A DNA stretch of 64,000 nucleotides from Octopus sinensis (Eukaryota), in NCBI RefSeq assembly GCF_006345805.1, contig NC_043006.1:19716001-19780000 (forward strand), given 5' to 3'. The translations under genes and the position numbers were made by a program. Below the pieces are notes generated by a model. The model was not told where the DNA came from and searched no databases. It saw only the letters and a list, made by a program, of their open reading frames with translations. Shown here in pieces: positions 58,874 through 64,000 of this stretch. Numbering within the stretch: the first letter of the stretch is position 1; each line of letters starts with the position of its first letter.

Positions 58874-59197
58874 ATATATATATTCATATAATAAATAAAT
58901 ATACACACAAAATCTTATTTTCTAGGTTCCTCACTCAGCTGGAAGAGACTAAGTGTATCTAGTGTGGAAATATCATGGCAGAATGTGTTTAGAGAGAACA
59001 AATACCAAAGAAACACTTATTTGGTGAATATTGGAAGTCAGGAAGGAAGTTCAAATATTGTACACAGAGCTGAGACCACTGAGACCAGTTTAGTGTTTCA
59101 GGTTAAGTCGAGCGTGAAAACACTTTACGTGTCCATCATGGCAATTTATGAGACAAACCTCTCCAACATCTTTTCTACAACTCTTTACCTGGGCTAA
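913..59197 (+). CDS. 5'-partial multi-exon gene (16 coding exons A-P) encoding a giant uncharacterised FN3/Ig-like repeat protein, at least ~2,977 aa
   Basis: join(913..1586,4951..5417,7714..8908,11898..13288,18529..19216,20298..20414,23315..23628,28451..28558,30939..31095,31707..31890 or 33319..33502,36235..36736,40302..40525,44089..44960,46854..48110,54880..55392,58926..59197). All introns are GT-AG and phases match (2,1,0,1,0,1,1,0,0,1,2,0,2,1,1,1). Total 8935 nt = 1 nt + 2978 codons, ending at TAA 59195-59197. Recurrent motifs W-x-GF-x-D-x-ES-x-I-x2-Y-x3-[IV]G and Y-x3-V-x-A-x-N-x-AGL-x5-S-x5-D-x-[ST]PP. Confidence 0.9.
2215..2765 (-). mobile_element. Non-autonomous retroelement family E ((ATG)n tail, internal ~60-bp minisatellite)
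   Basis: Body ...ggttggcgttaggaagggcatccagctgtagaaac...ggacgttaa+(ATG)n shared with more than 10 copies in the window; about 5 units of ggatggtgctttttacatgccactggca. Confidence 0.8.
2775..4025 (-). mobile_element. RTE-clade LINE, 5'-truncated, degenerate RT and C-terminus
   Basis: [27 protein letters not shown] (YADD mutated), VNLAKTKV; second frame FHYLGD...[17 protein letters not shown]; frameshifted. Confidence 0.92.
4148..4458 (-). mobile_element. tRNA(Arg)-like SINE family C
   Basis: Head ggaggcgcaatggcccaatggttagggcagcggac with B box gtttcgattccc; same family at 52206 and 61311. Confidence 0.88.
4951..5417 (+). CDS. exon B
   Basis: atttcag|AA completes GAA (phase 1); [15 protein letters not shown]...IDRSAP...[10 protein letters not shown]; donor TAT|gtaaga. 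Confidence 0.88.
6246..6445 (-). mobile_element. Family E retroelement body directly downstream of the 5S copy
   Basis: gtggcacgtaaaaagcaccc...aggaagggcatccagc...(ATG)n tail. Confidence 0.85.
6456..6573 (-). pseudogene. 5S rRNA-derived sequence (pseudogene or SINE3 head)
   Basis: Minus strand tatggccatatcatgttgaaagcaacggttctcgtccaatcacagaagttaagcaacatcgagcctagtcagtacttagatgggtgaccgcttgggaaacttaggtgcagtaag is colinear with metazoan 5S; many substitutions; no oligo-T terminator. Confidence 0.9.
7056..7175 (+). mobile_element. SINE family C, 3' half
   Basis: ggcctgctcgcttagccagcggggtggc...gtgaccagcgatgtg. Confidence 0.8.
7282..7487 (+). mobile_element. Putative Penelope-like pseudo-LTR relic with degenerate hammerhead core
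   Basis: Flanked by (TA)n; CCGACGA-A-GAGC-TCC-GCTC-GAAAC-GTT at 7357..7383; stem I weak. Confidence 0.45.
7714..8908 (+). CDS. exon C
   Basis: Polypyrimidine tract then tag|GTT (phase 0); [17 protein letters not shown]...[11 protein letters not shown]...; donor ATAA|gtaagt. Confidence 0.92.
9827..10140 (+). mobile_element. tRNA-derived SINE family D
   Basis: tggctcagtggttag head; ttgtgttcttgagcaagacactttatttc core; second copy at 53725..54022. Confidence 0.75.
11898..13288 (+). CDS. exon D
   Basis: ttcacag|AG (phase 1); about 463 open codons; donor CAG|gtatgt. Confidence 0.92.
13942..14359 (+). mobile_element. tRNA-derived SINE family B (internal TA/TG microsatellite, agagtaaa tail)
   Basis: gtggctgtgtggtaagtagcttgc...ccgggttcagtcccactgcgtggc...gactgaaacaagtaaaagagtaaaagag; multicopy in window. 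Confidence 0.88.
15154..15375 (-). mobile_element. SINE family A with 16-bp TSD
   Basis: TSD ttctatttca(a/g)caata at 15138..15153 and 15376..15391. Confidence 0.88.
15545..15750. repeat. Perfect 206-bp palindrome; each arm carries a hammerhead-like fold
   Basis: 15545..15647 is the exact reverse complement of 15648..15750; centre tctgg|ccaga. Confidence 0.95.
15830..16040 (+). mobile_element. Family E retroelement
   Basis: Same body with (GAT)n tail. Confidence 0.82.
16072..17383 (+). mobile_element. Mariner (Mos1-like) internally deleted transposon with degenerate TIRs
   Basis: HTH region [33 protein letters not shown]...ILSEELQM, resuming after the insertion as [11 protein letters not shown]; [10 protein letters not shown]; C-terminal [10 protein letters not shown]...ASNGEYFE; TIR-like ggtacccggaagtaacc / gtttcttttgggtacc. 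Confidence 0.88.
16626..17014. mobile_element. Probable solo LTR (389 bp) inserted in the mariner ORF
   Basis: Begins TGTAG, ends TTACA, flanked by GGGT 4-bp duplications (16622-25 and 17015-18); removal restores transposase (K)RVVAKF. Confidence 0.7.
17390..17621 (-). mobile_element. SINE family A
   Basis: Full-length match to other family A copies. Confidence 0.85.
17670..17985 (-). mobile_element. RLE-type (HERO/NeSL-like) non-LTR retrotransposon 3' fragment
   Basis: Minus strand [38 protein letters not shown] resembles the RLE C-terminal A-E-x-A-S-x-W-x-W motif. Confidence 0.55.
18529..19216 (+). CDS. exon E
   Basis: ctttcag|GAC CAG ATT ATG (phase 0); ...[10 protein letters not shown]...HWDGFTD; donor ATAG|gtaagt. 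Confidence 0.92.
20298..20414 (+). CDS. exon F (117 nt, not in ORF track)
   Basis: attttag|GC AGT TAT CCA GGA = [39 protein letters not shown]; donor ACAG|gtattt; phases 1/1 bridge exons E and G. Confidence 0.9.
20649..20948 (+). mobile_element. SINE with family C-type head and an alternative 3' tail
   Basis: ggaggcacatggtctagtggttagagcagcagactcgcgg...gggttcgaatctc; diverges from family C after acaactttctctcactcttt. Confidence 0.8.
21160..21450 (+). mobile_element. RTE LINE 3'-terminal fragment
   Basis: RLHWFGHVM...[28 protein letters not shown]...WHLAI. Confidence 0.85.
21470..21845 (+). mobile_element. Family E element with a 24-bp minisatellite array at its 5' end
   Basis: Alternating tgtggtgccatgtaaaagtgccca / tgcagtgtcatgtaaaggcgccct units, then the standard body and (GAT)n tail. 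Confidence 0.82.
22090..22478 (-). mobile_element. SINE family B
   Basis: Reverse complement of the 13942 element. Confidence 0.85.
22863..23261 (+). mobile_element. Non-autonomous Helitron
   Basis: A|TC 5' end; subterminal hairpin cccgagc-aac-gccggg; CTAG|T 3' end; no TSD; internal tandem duplication of roughly 85 bp. Confidence 0.85.
23315..23628 (+). CDS. exon G
   Basis: ttgcag|CC TAT GAC; [23 protein letters not shown]...[12 protein letters not shown]; donor AAG|gtaagt. Confidence 0.92.
23675..24165 (+). mobile_element. SINE family B (diverged)
   Basis: ggtgcaggtgtggctgggtggtgag...gaagcctgtc (TG)n...cagcatggccacag. Confidence 0.75.
24785..25167 (-). mobile_element. CR1-clade LINE 3' end with (TTAAC)n tail
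   Basis: Minus strand [19 protein letters not shown]...LQGHSEKL...[21 protein letters not shown]...[10 protein letters not shown]. Confidence 0.85.
25955..26180. repeat. Fold-back: 111-bp inverted arms with a 4-nt spacer
   Basis: ...catccaaatc caac gatttggatg... arms are reverse-complementary. Confidence 0.92.
26235..26456. mobile_element. piggyBac-type MITE
   Basis: TTAA|CCCTTT...AAAGGG|TTAA; second copy in opposite orientation at 51734..51953. Confidence 0.82.
26655..26854. repeat. ~200-bp near-perfect palindrome
   Basis: Centre ttaat|attaa; one mismatch seen. Confidence 0.92.
27048..27216. repeat. Fold-back with ~70-bp arms
   Basis: aataagcaacaagaatggatccggtaatttagtacaattg... and its reverse complement. 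Confidence 0.9.
27845..28070 (-). mobile_element. SINE family A
   Basis: Full body match to other family A copies. Confidence 0.85.
28451..28558 (+). CDS. exon H (108 nt, not in ORF track)
   Basis: ttcattag|GTA ATT AAT GGT GCC GGA TTG = [36 protein letters not shown]; donor AAG|gtgaat. Confidence 0.9.
28595..29130. repeat. Degenerate 10-bp minisatellite (GACTRGRATK)n
   Basis: gactagaatt/gactgggatg units starting about 40 nt after exon H. Confidence 0.85.
29866..30491 (-). mobile_element. R4/Dong-like RLE non-LTR retrotransposon 3' fragment within (TAA)n
   Basis: [21 protein letters not shown]...[22 protein letters not shown]...FLIDVSIP...KYKDL...IPIIVGALG...stop at 29963-65; (ATT)n on both sides. 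Confidence 0.88.
30939..31095 (+). CDS. exon I (not in ORF track)
   Basis: tcttgtag|AGC GAT ACT; [42 protein letters not shown]; donor ACTG|gtatgt. Confidence 0.9.
31707..31890 (+). CDS. exon J, copy 1 (not in ORF track)
   Basis: tttcag|GT CAC ATC TGG; [42 protein letters not shown]...; donor CA|gtaagt; 184 nt, phase 1 to 2. Confidence 0.85.
32409..32513 (+). ncRNA. Type I hammerhead ribozyme fold (canonical core) in a Penelope-like pLTR
   Basis: CTGATGA 32425-31; stem II GAAGGCGGCAT/ATGCAGCTTTC; GAAAC 32486-90; palindromic stem III ACATATGT; GTC triplet 32495-97; stem I aagttccttgtttttc/gagaataaaggaattt. Confidence 0.75.
33319..33502 (+). CDS. exon J, copy 2 (identical duplicate)
   Basis: Base-for-base identical to 31707..31890 with the same splice sites; lies inside the tandem duplication. 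Confidence 0.75.
34017..34121 (+). ncRNA. Duplicate type I hammerhead ribozyme fold
   Basis: Same sequence offset by 1608; CTGATGA 34033-39, GAAAC 34094-98, GTC 34103-05. Confidence 0.7.
35035..35440. repeat. Degenerate ~35-bp tandem repeat
   Basis: Recurring gatattataaaca...ttatggcccctaattga. Confidence 0.75.
35655..36105 (+). mobile_element. SINE family B
   Basis: ggcgtaggagtggctgtgtggtaag...gactgaaacaagtaaa. Confidence 0.85.
36235..36736 (+). CDS. exon K
   Basis: cttcag|A completes CAA (phase 2); [12 protein letters not shown]...MGYNNVGL...YIDKTPP; donor CAG|gtaaaa. Confidence 0.92.
36915..37215 (-). mobile_element. Family C-related SINE body with a third type of 3' tail (head missing)
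   Basis: Shares tgagtgtttattgagcgaaaacacctaaagctccacgagg...acaactttctctcactc with family C, then diverges. Confidence 0.7.
37400..37770 (-). mobile_element. Family E retroelement
   Basis: (CAT)n, body, and about 4 minisatellite units. Confidence 0.82.
38158..38490. repeat. AT-rich fold-back with ~150-bp arms
   Basis: aaaatattagaaaaaa...catctagaaaattac versus gtaattttctagatg...tttttctaatatttt. Confidence 0.85.
38605..38760 (-). mobile_element. Penelope-like pLTR with degenerate hammerhead, inverted relative to the adjacent RT
   Basis: Minus strand CCAACGA-ACG-GAA-CGT-GAAAC-TCCAA-GTA; same family at 9285-9370, 21895-22021 and 57737-57850. Confidence 0.6.
39060..39630 (+). mobile_element. Penelope-like element reverse transcriptase fragment
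   Basis: SDKTRNLY...AFITLKDHK...[12 protein letters not shown]...[11 protein letters not shown]...[13 protein letters not shown]...HARKSLLF; truncated before the catalytic YxDD. Confidence 0.8.
39781..40205 (+). mobile_element. SINE family B
   Basis: Full-length copy. Confidence 0.88.
40302..40525 (+). CDS. exon L
   Basis: gtttcag|GAT GGT TCA; [18 protein letters not shown]...[13 protein letters not shown]; donor AG|gtgaga. Confidence 0.92.
40740..41070 (+). mobile_element. Family E retroelement
   Basis: Minisatellite units, body and (GAT)n tail. Confidence 0.8.
41450..42110. repeat. Two tandem copies (~334-bp period) of a fold-back element
   Basis: Inverted repeats 41497..41737 and 41831..42073, separated by (TA)n. 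Confidence 0.9.
42885..43185 (-). mobile_element. Family E retroelement
   Basis: Same body as other family E copies. Confidence 0.8.
43487..43700 (-). mobile_element. R4-like RLE retrotransposon extreme 3' end
   Basis: [32 protein letters not shown]-stop, followed by a TAA-type tail. Confidence 0.6.
44089..44960 (+). CDS. exon M
   Basis: ttttcag|A TAT CAC (phase 2); contains [19 protein letters not shown]; donor GGTT|gtaagt. Confidence 0.92.
45095..45329 (-). mobile_element. SINE family A with 11-bp TSD
   Basis: atgtcaatacc at 45084..45094 and 45330..45340. Confidence 0.9.
46058..46560 (-). mobile_element. RTE-X-like LINE 3' end
   Basis: [16 protein letters not shown]...RRVQFAGHC...[13 protein letters not shown]-stop followed by tgatgttgatga tail. 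Confidence 0.85.
46854..48110 (+). CDS. exon N
   Basis: tcaacag|AT GGA GAC; ...[14 protein letters not shown]...[10 protein letters not shown]...; donor ATAG|gtaagt. Confidence 0.92.
48452..48930 (+). mobile_element. SINE family B
   Basis: Full-length copy. Confidence 0.88.
49510..50170 (+). mobile_element. Helitron-like 5' segments lacking a CTAG end (two heads)
   Basis: tatatatataaaactcaacttgtg..tctgtgtgtgtatctgtgtg at ~49512 and again at 50113. Confidence 0.55.
50219..50607 (+). mobile_element. Non-autonomous Helitron
   Basis: A|TCtatatatataaag...cccaagcaacaccgagtgatactgCTAG|T. Confidence 0.82.
51734..51953. mobile_element. piggyBac-type MITE (same family as 26235)
   Basis: TTAA|CCCTTTcattac...gtaacgAAAGGG|taag. 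Confidence 0.78.
52206..52515 (+). mobile_element. SINE family C
   Basis: Full-length copy. Confidence 0.88.
52550..53135 (-). mobile_element. Tc1/mariner (maT/DD37D-like) transposase 3' relic with TIR end
   Basis: [15 protein letters not shown]...[13 protein letters not shown]...[12 protein letters not shown]; second frame [15 protein letters not shown]...[13 protein letters not shown]; TA|CAGGGT terminus at 52550. Confidence 0.88.
53725..54022 (+). mobile_element. SINE family D
   Basis: Matches 9827..10140. Confidence 0.72.
54880..55392 (+). CDS. exon O
   Basis: tatttag|GG ACA TCT; ...[11 protein letters not shown]...[10 protein letters not shown]; donor ACAG|gtaaat. Confidence 0.9.
55816..56113. 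repeat. 97-bp tandem repeat x3
   Basis: tatagaagtggattatacctg... starts at 55816, 55913 and 56010. Confidence 0.92.
56873..57100 (+). mobile_element. SINE family A with 18-bp TSD
   Basis: aggtagatgtacccataa at 56855..56872 and 57101..57118. Confidence 0.92.
57150..57358 (+). mobile_element. SINE family B, 3' half
   Basis: gcttgacaaccgatgctgg...gactgaaacaagtaaaagtaaaagag. Confidence 0.82.
57445..57678 (-). mobile_element. SINE family A
   Basis: Full-length copy. Confidence 0.88.
57798..57847 (-). ncRNA. Minimal type I hammerhead ribozyme fold (pLTR relic)
   Basis: Minus strand caaaaactgt-CTGAAGA-ACG-GCAA-CGA-GAAAC-TCAGA-GTA-acagattttg; stem I 9 of 10 bp; A-A mismatch at the base of stem II. 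Confidence 0.6.
57900..58245 (+). mobile_element. Family E-related retroelement (diverged)
   Basis: ggtacgtaaaacatgccc...gagggcagccagctgtagaaacc...gacgttaaatgatgat. Confidence 0.65.
58926..59197 (+). CDS. exon P (terminal coding exon)
   Basis: tttctag|GT TCC TCA; VEISWQNVF...[13 protein letters not shown]...STTLYLG-stop; no hydrophobic transmembrane segment. Confidence 0.85.
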
Positions 59198-60369
59198 TTT
59201 CAATATCAAACCAGTGTAATTATGTCTTTTGTCTTTGGTTTCTGTTTTTTCAACTAATATTAATTCATGCACTTGCTAATTATAAATTTTTATTCTCGTA
59301 GCAATGATGATGATGATGATTTTTTAAAATTCTTTTAGTGGTTTCAGTCAATTGACTGTTGCCATGCTGGAGTGATATTTATAATCTTGATATTGATTCC
59401 TTATATAAACATGAGACCTCAGGCAAATACAGTTAGAACCATTTTTAAGATATTATAATGTAATGTATGCAGTAAGGTAACTCTTCATGAAGGTAAATAC
59501 ACAATTAGAAAAGCATGACATAAAACACAGGTTGGTCTTGTTCATTACAACTGTACATCTGTCTTCAGGTTCACTACATGACAAATAACAACAACAATAC
59601 TAATAATAACTATAAGACCTCTAGGGACAGTGGCATGAAGTGTAGACAGTTGGTTGAAGATTTTAGAATTGAGGCCAATTTCCTGAACCAATAGAAATCC
59701 TGTTTGCTCAGTACAACAACCAACTATAAGAACGGTGCTAGATACCTAAAGATGCAGGACATAACTTGACATCCTGCAATCCAATACTAACAGTAACAAT
59801 GAAAATGCTGAGTGAACAACAATGACGACAACCCCCCTGGTGCAATACCAAGCAGTGCTCTCATGGCTTCTGATCTTAACTGATTGGGAGTGTTATCAAG
59901 TATATGTTTTGTCATGGTGTAAAAGATAGGGGCTACAGCAAATTTTCTGTACCATAGATTTCACCAGTTGAGCATGTCCCTTAATGGCTGACTATATTTG
60001 CATCTCTGATCACAGGCAAGCGTAGTGGGGGAGCATCACAGCAATGTGTTGAGAGGGTTTCTTAGGGTTTTGAATAATTCACCCGTGAGAGCATGGGTAT
60101 TTTGTTCATCATCTTTAAATAATCCTTATTCAGGAACCTTTTGAGTGGAATGGGCTACTCAATCTGAAGAAAAGTTCTAACTGGGCCCCACCTATAAAGT
60201 CATGTGCTATTTATCTTGATATGAGATCACCATGTTGTGCATATTTAGTTCTGATGCATGTGCCTGGTGTACCCTTGTCAGACAGGTAGTCACGATGGGT
60301 ATAATGGGTTTCATATAGTTAAATCCCAGTGTCACTTTGATAGCATGTGCTTCCCCCTCACTCAATAAC

Positions 60370-60905
60370 AATAATGCCAACAGAAAAAAGGTGGTGCAGA
60401 TATACCCCGCAAAAAGGCTTCAGAAAATGACAAAGCAGCCATACTCTGGTGTAAGAAAATAGACTCACATAGTGAGATCAAAGCTAATAGACCAGATATT
60501 GTGGTCAGAGACCCCCATGAAGAAATATGCCTCTCAGCTGATAGATCGGCCTTAACAGATGACAATGTATCTCCAAAAGAAATGGAGAAATTATAAAAAC
60601 ACAGAAATCTGTAAATAGAAGTAATCTGAAAGTCAGGCCTAAAAACGGAAACAATCCCTATAATAGATGCTGCAGTTATGATAACAAAAATTAGACAAAT
60701 ACATAACTAAAGCCCCATTTCTTGTAAATATATATAACACACAGAAGATAGCTCTCATCTCATGTAGAGCACTTTCAAAACAGTGGAAATAACAAACCAC
60801 AGCACATGCCCAAGGCACACAGAGCTACACTTAGTAATGCAGTAAAAGCATGCAATAAAAATAAGACTACTGAATAATAATAATGATATATATTTCTAAT
60901 ACTGG
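60370..60905 (+). mobile_element. R4/Dong-like fragment (degenerate; same family as 29866)
   Basis: gagatcaaagctaatagaccagatattgtggtcagagac matches [14 protein letters not shown]; ends cccaaggcacacagagct...(TAA)n. Confidence 0.75.
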
Positions 60906-61310
60906 CACATGACCACCTGGAGTTGTTGGGGGTGACATGTGAAAGACACATGTGCAGCCAGTTACAGTCTTGGTACTCATTTCATCAACACTGAAAAGAT
61001 GAACGGTAAAGCTTATAACCCTGATGGGAATTTGTTCTATTAGTCTACTGTTTCTGCCACTCACGACCTAACTACTACTACTACTACTACTACTAATAAT
61101 AATAATAATAATAATAATAATGACTACTAATAAATACTAATGGCTTTTGGTAATGATTGACTTGGATGCATTTTTCTCTCAGATGAATAAATCATTAGAC
61201 AATCTTGCACACTTGTCTGTGTTACTTGACTCAGCATGTAGTTTATGGGAAAATTTGTCAGTCATTTTATGTGTGTGTGTGTGTGTGTATGTGTGTATAT
61301 ATATATATAG

Positions 61311-61615
61311 ACGCAATGGCCCAGTGGTTAGGGCAGTGGACTCGTGGTTGTAGGATCGCGGTTTAGATTCCCAGACCGGGCGTTGTGAGTGTTTATTGAG
61401 CGAAAACACCTAAAGCTCCATGAGGCTCTGGCAAGGGGTGGTGGCGATCCCTGCTGTACTCTTTTGCCACAACTTTCACTCTTTCTTCTGTTGCCCTGCT
61501 CGCTTAGCCAGCGGGGTGACATCATTTGAAGGCTAAAACAATGCGAAGTGCATTGTGACTATAGTGATGTGTAGCAACATCTGATAGCCTGGTTGGTCAC
61601 GGTGATCACGATGAT
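61311..61615 (+). mobile_element. SINE family C
   Basis: Full-length copy. Confidence 0.85.
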
Positions 61616-61619
61616 ATAT

Positions 61620-61629
<10 letters not shown>

Positions 61630-61665
<36 letters not shown>

Positions 61666-61718
61666 GTAGGTAGGTAGGTAGGTAGGTAGGTAGGTAGGTA
61701 GATAGATAGATAGGTAGG

Positions 61719-61773
<55 letters not shown>

Positions 61774-61798
61774 GGAGATAGATAGATAGATAGATAAG
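61630..61798. repeat. (TAGA)n/(TAGG)n tetranucleotide microsatellite
   Basis: Directly visible. Confidence 0.95.
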
Positions 61799-61947
61799 CA
61801 TGTTACCAAGTTGTCTGGAACTCCCTTCATGTTAATCTTCGTTTACAGATATCACCGATTTAGCATTAGTTCAGTTTAATCCAAACATCATCTGCCTTAG
61901 CATTGCCATGATTGTATTGCCAGTGACTCCAATGGGCAACAAAGCAA

Positions 61948-62317
61948 TCTCTATATATATAAACAGCAAAATGTCTGCCTGTGTGTGTGTCCTTTATACA
62001 AATCCACAATTTTTCAGTTAGAGGGCTCGCACTTTCAATGGTCATTCAAAACCGTCCAAGGGTGGTCGCGCACATCTTTACATTTCCCTAGTCACCCCAC
62101 AAAGCCATTAAAAAAAATCAATAGAAGTGACTTTTTTGTGAATTTTCTATCCAAAACCCAATCAAAATGCCCAAAACTTAATACGCCAATTGAATGCCAG
62201 CTAGCTGTATGTGACTGGTCGGAGATTTGGACAGTACTCGCGTGTATGTGCGCATGCGCACAGCTGTATATGCACACACTAGCACCATGACCTGGCATTG
62301 CCGGGTCATAGTGCTAG
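61948..62317 (+). mobile_element. Non-autonomous Helitron
   Basis: A|TCtctatatatataaac; 10-bp hairpin atgacctggc-att-gccgggtcat; CTAG|T. Confidence 0.88.
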
Positions 62318-63341
62318 TTACTAATAAAAAAAATTACAACTGAGACTACTGTTGTTTTAACAATAATTTAAGCTTAACACCTGATTAAACATCACTAGCT
62401 CATACTTGGGAGCGCTTAGCAAAGACTACTGTCAGCATTTGTATCAGAAACTTAGTGGTTCCTTTCTTGGTCATGTTTTCCTGAAGCCATTGGTATGGAG
62501 ATGCTCAAGATGACCATCAATCACATCAATCTAATTAATCTGGAGTGGTGACCCTGAAAAAGTAATGCTCAATTCTATCCATTTGACAAACCTATAAGAG
62601 ATATATGTGTGAGAGAACAAAAGTGTGTGTGTGTATGTGTGTGTATATATGTGTGTATGTGTGTGTGTATGTGTGTATATGTGTGTGTGTGTGCAGGAAC
62701 AGGCAGGCTCTATGGTAACAAAGTTTACTTCATAATTGTGTAGTTTTGGTTTCCAACCCATTTCATAGCACCAAGGATAAATGTTTTCCTCAGACTTGTG
62801 GGTGAAATTAGTAGACAGAAATTGTAGGAAAAATGGTCGTGTGTGTGTGTGTGTGTGTGTATACGTATGTATGAGTGTGTGAATGCTTGTTTCTAAATGT
62901 CTCATATTGGCACCATTTAGAAGACAGCAATAGGTTTACACCTTCTGTAAACGAGGTCCAGCAGCTCAATATGTGAAAAGCAGAGGAATAAAAATATCTC
63001 ATCTGAAAAACTGTAAGCATTGGCAGCAGGAAGAGCATCCAGCCATTGAATACTGTCTTGATAAGTTTCATTCAAGTCATTACCCGTATGGAAAAAAAAG
63101 TGATATAAAAACATCAATGATAGTGATAACGATGATGACAATGACGATGGTGGTGATGATGACATTGTATTCTTAATTGCAAATGGTGGTTTTGAGAAAC
63201 GCGTAATCAACAAAATAGTCTGTAAAAAGTTAAAGACAAAATCATTTTGAAGAAATATGAAGAATTCAACTGAACTTGAAACAATAAAAACTGATAAAGT
63301 GTTTTGGGTAGATATGCATAAATATTTTATTACTTTCATGC

Positions 63342-63390
<49 letters not shown>

Positions 63391-64000
63391 CATGTATGTA
63401 CAGAAATATAACAATATTGTTAAACAAAGTAACAGCTGTAAGAATAATATAACAAACATACAAATAATAAGTATTTACCCTGATCCAGCTTCTAAAACTA
63501 TTTAGAGTCCAGTTTTGAGAAATAATTTAAATGAAAAAAAAATATTAAAGGAAAGATAATATTCTGGTGAAAAAAAAATTTTAATGAAAAAAAATTTTTT
63601 AAATATATAATTGAAAACAAAAATAATTAGAAAATTAAAAAAAAAAATAAAACAATAATTTAAACAAATAAACAAAATAAATAAATGGTTGAGAAGTATT
63701 TATTCTTCGTCCAAGCCAAAAAAAAAAAAATTGAGTTGGAGCTTGGGAAAGAGAGAAATACCTGAAATTGGATAATCAGTAAATATAGTAGAGGGAGGAG
63801 GACAGAGAGAAAAATCAGGAGTGGTCTGAGAATTAAACTTAAAAAGTAAAGACAAACAGTACCAAGAACCAGAGAGGAATAAATAATCGGTAAATGAAAA
63901 TCCTCTTAAAATGGTATCTGCATTCTTTTTTTTGTTTTGTTCTTTGTGAAAAATCTTTTCCATTTACTTTTTCAAGTCCAGAGAAACCAACAGCAGAAAC

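Noticed and set aside
59830-60365. Probable additional interspersed repeat
   Set aside because: Looks familiar as an octopus repeat, but has no second copy, termini or ORF in this window to support a class.
59198-60900. Polyadenylation signal and 3' end of the gene
   Set aside because: No clear AATAAA near the stop codon; the first one noticed (~60853) lies within a repeat, so the 3' UTR end is not assigned.
1-64000. Prokaryotic or viral system (operons, defence islands)
   Set aside because: Spliceosomal exon-intron structure, SINEs and microsatellites throughout; no compact prokaryote-like gene cluster.

Overview
AT-rich, microsatellite-dense animal genomic DNA. The tRNA-derived SINE families and other repeats point to a coleoid cephalopod, most likely Octopus (inferred from recalled repeat families, not database-checked). 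One gene spans almost the whole window on the + strand. I reconstructed 16 GT-AG coding exons (913..59197) with mutually compatible intron phases. They encode the C-terminal ~2,977 aa of an uncharacterised giant protein built from fibronectin-III/Ig-like beta-sandwich repeats; the 5' exons lie outside the window. One exon (J) occurs twice because of a 1.6-kb near-identical tandem duplication. The introns contain tRNA-SINEs, fragments of RTE, RTE-X, CR1, R4/Dong, HERO-like and Penelope-like retroelements, Tc1/mariner relics (one carrying a nested solo LTR), non-autonomous Helitrons, piggyBac-type MITEs and many long fold-back palindromes. Two signals are not explained by the ORF track. First, there are type I hammerhead-ribozyme folds in Penelope-like pseudo-LTR palindromes: one canonical sense-strand copy follows each copy of exon J, and several others have a recurrent C-for-U4 core variant. 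Second, a near full-length 5S rRNA copy is fused to a retroelement body in a SINE3-like arrangement. All folds and alignments were done by eye; repeat boundaries are approximate unless a TSD or terminal motif is quoted.
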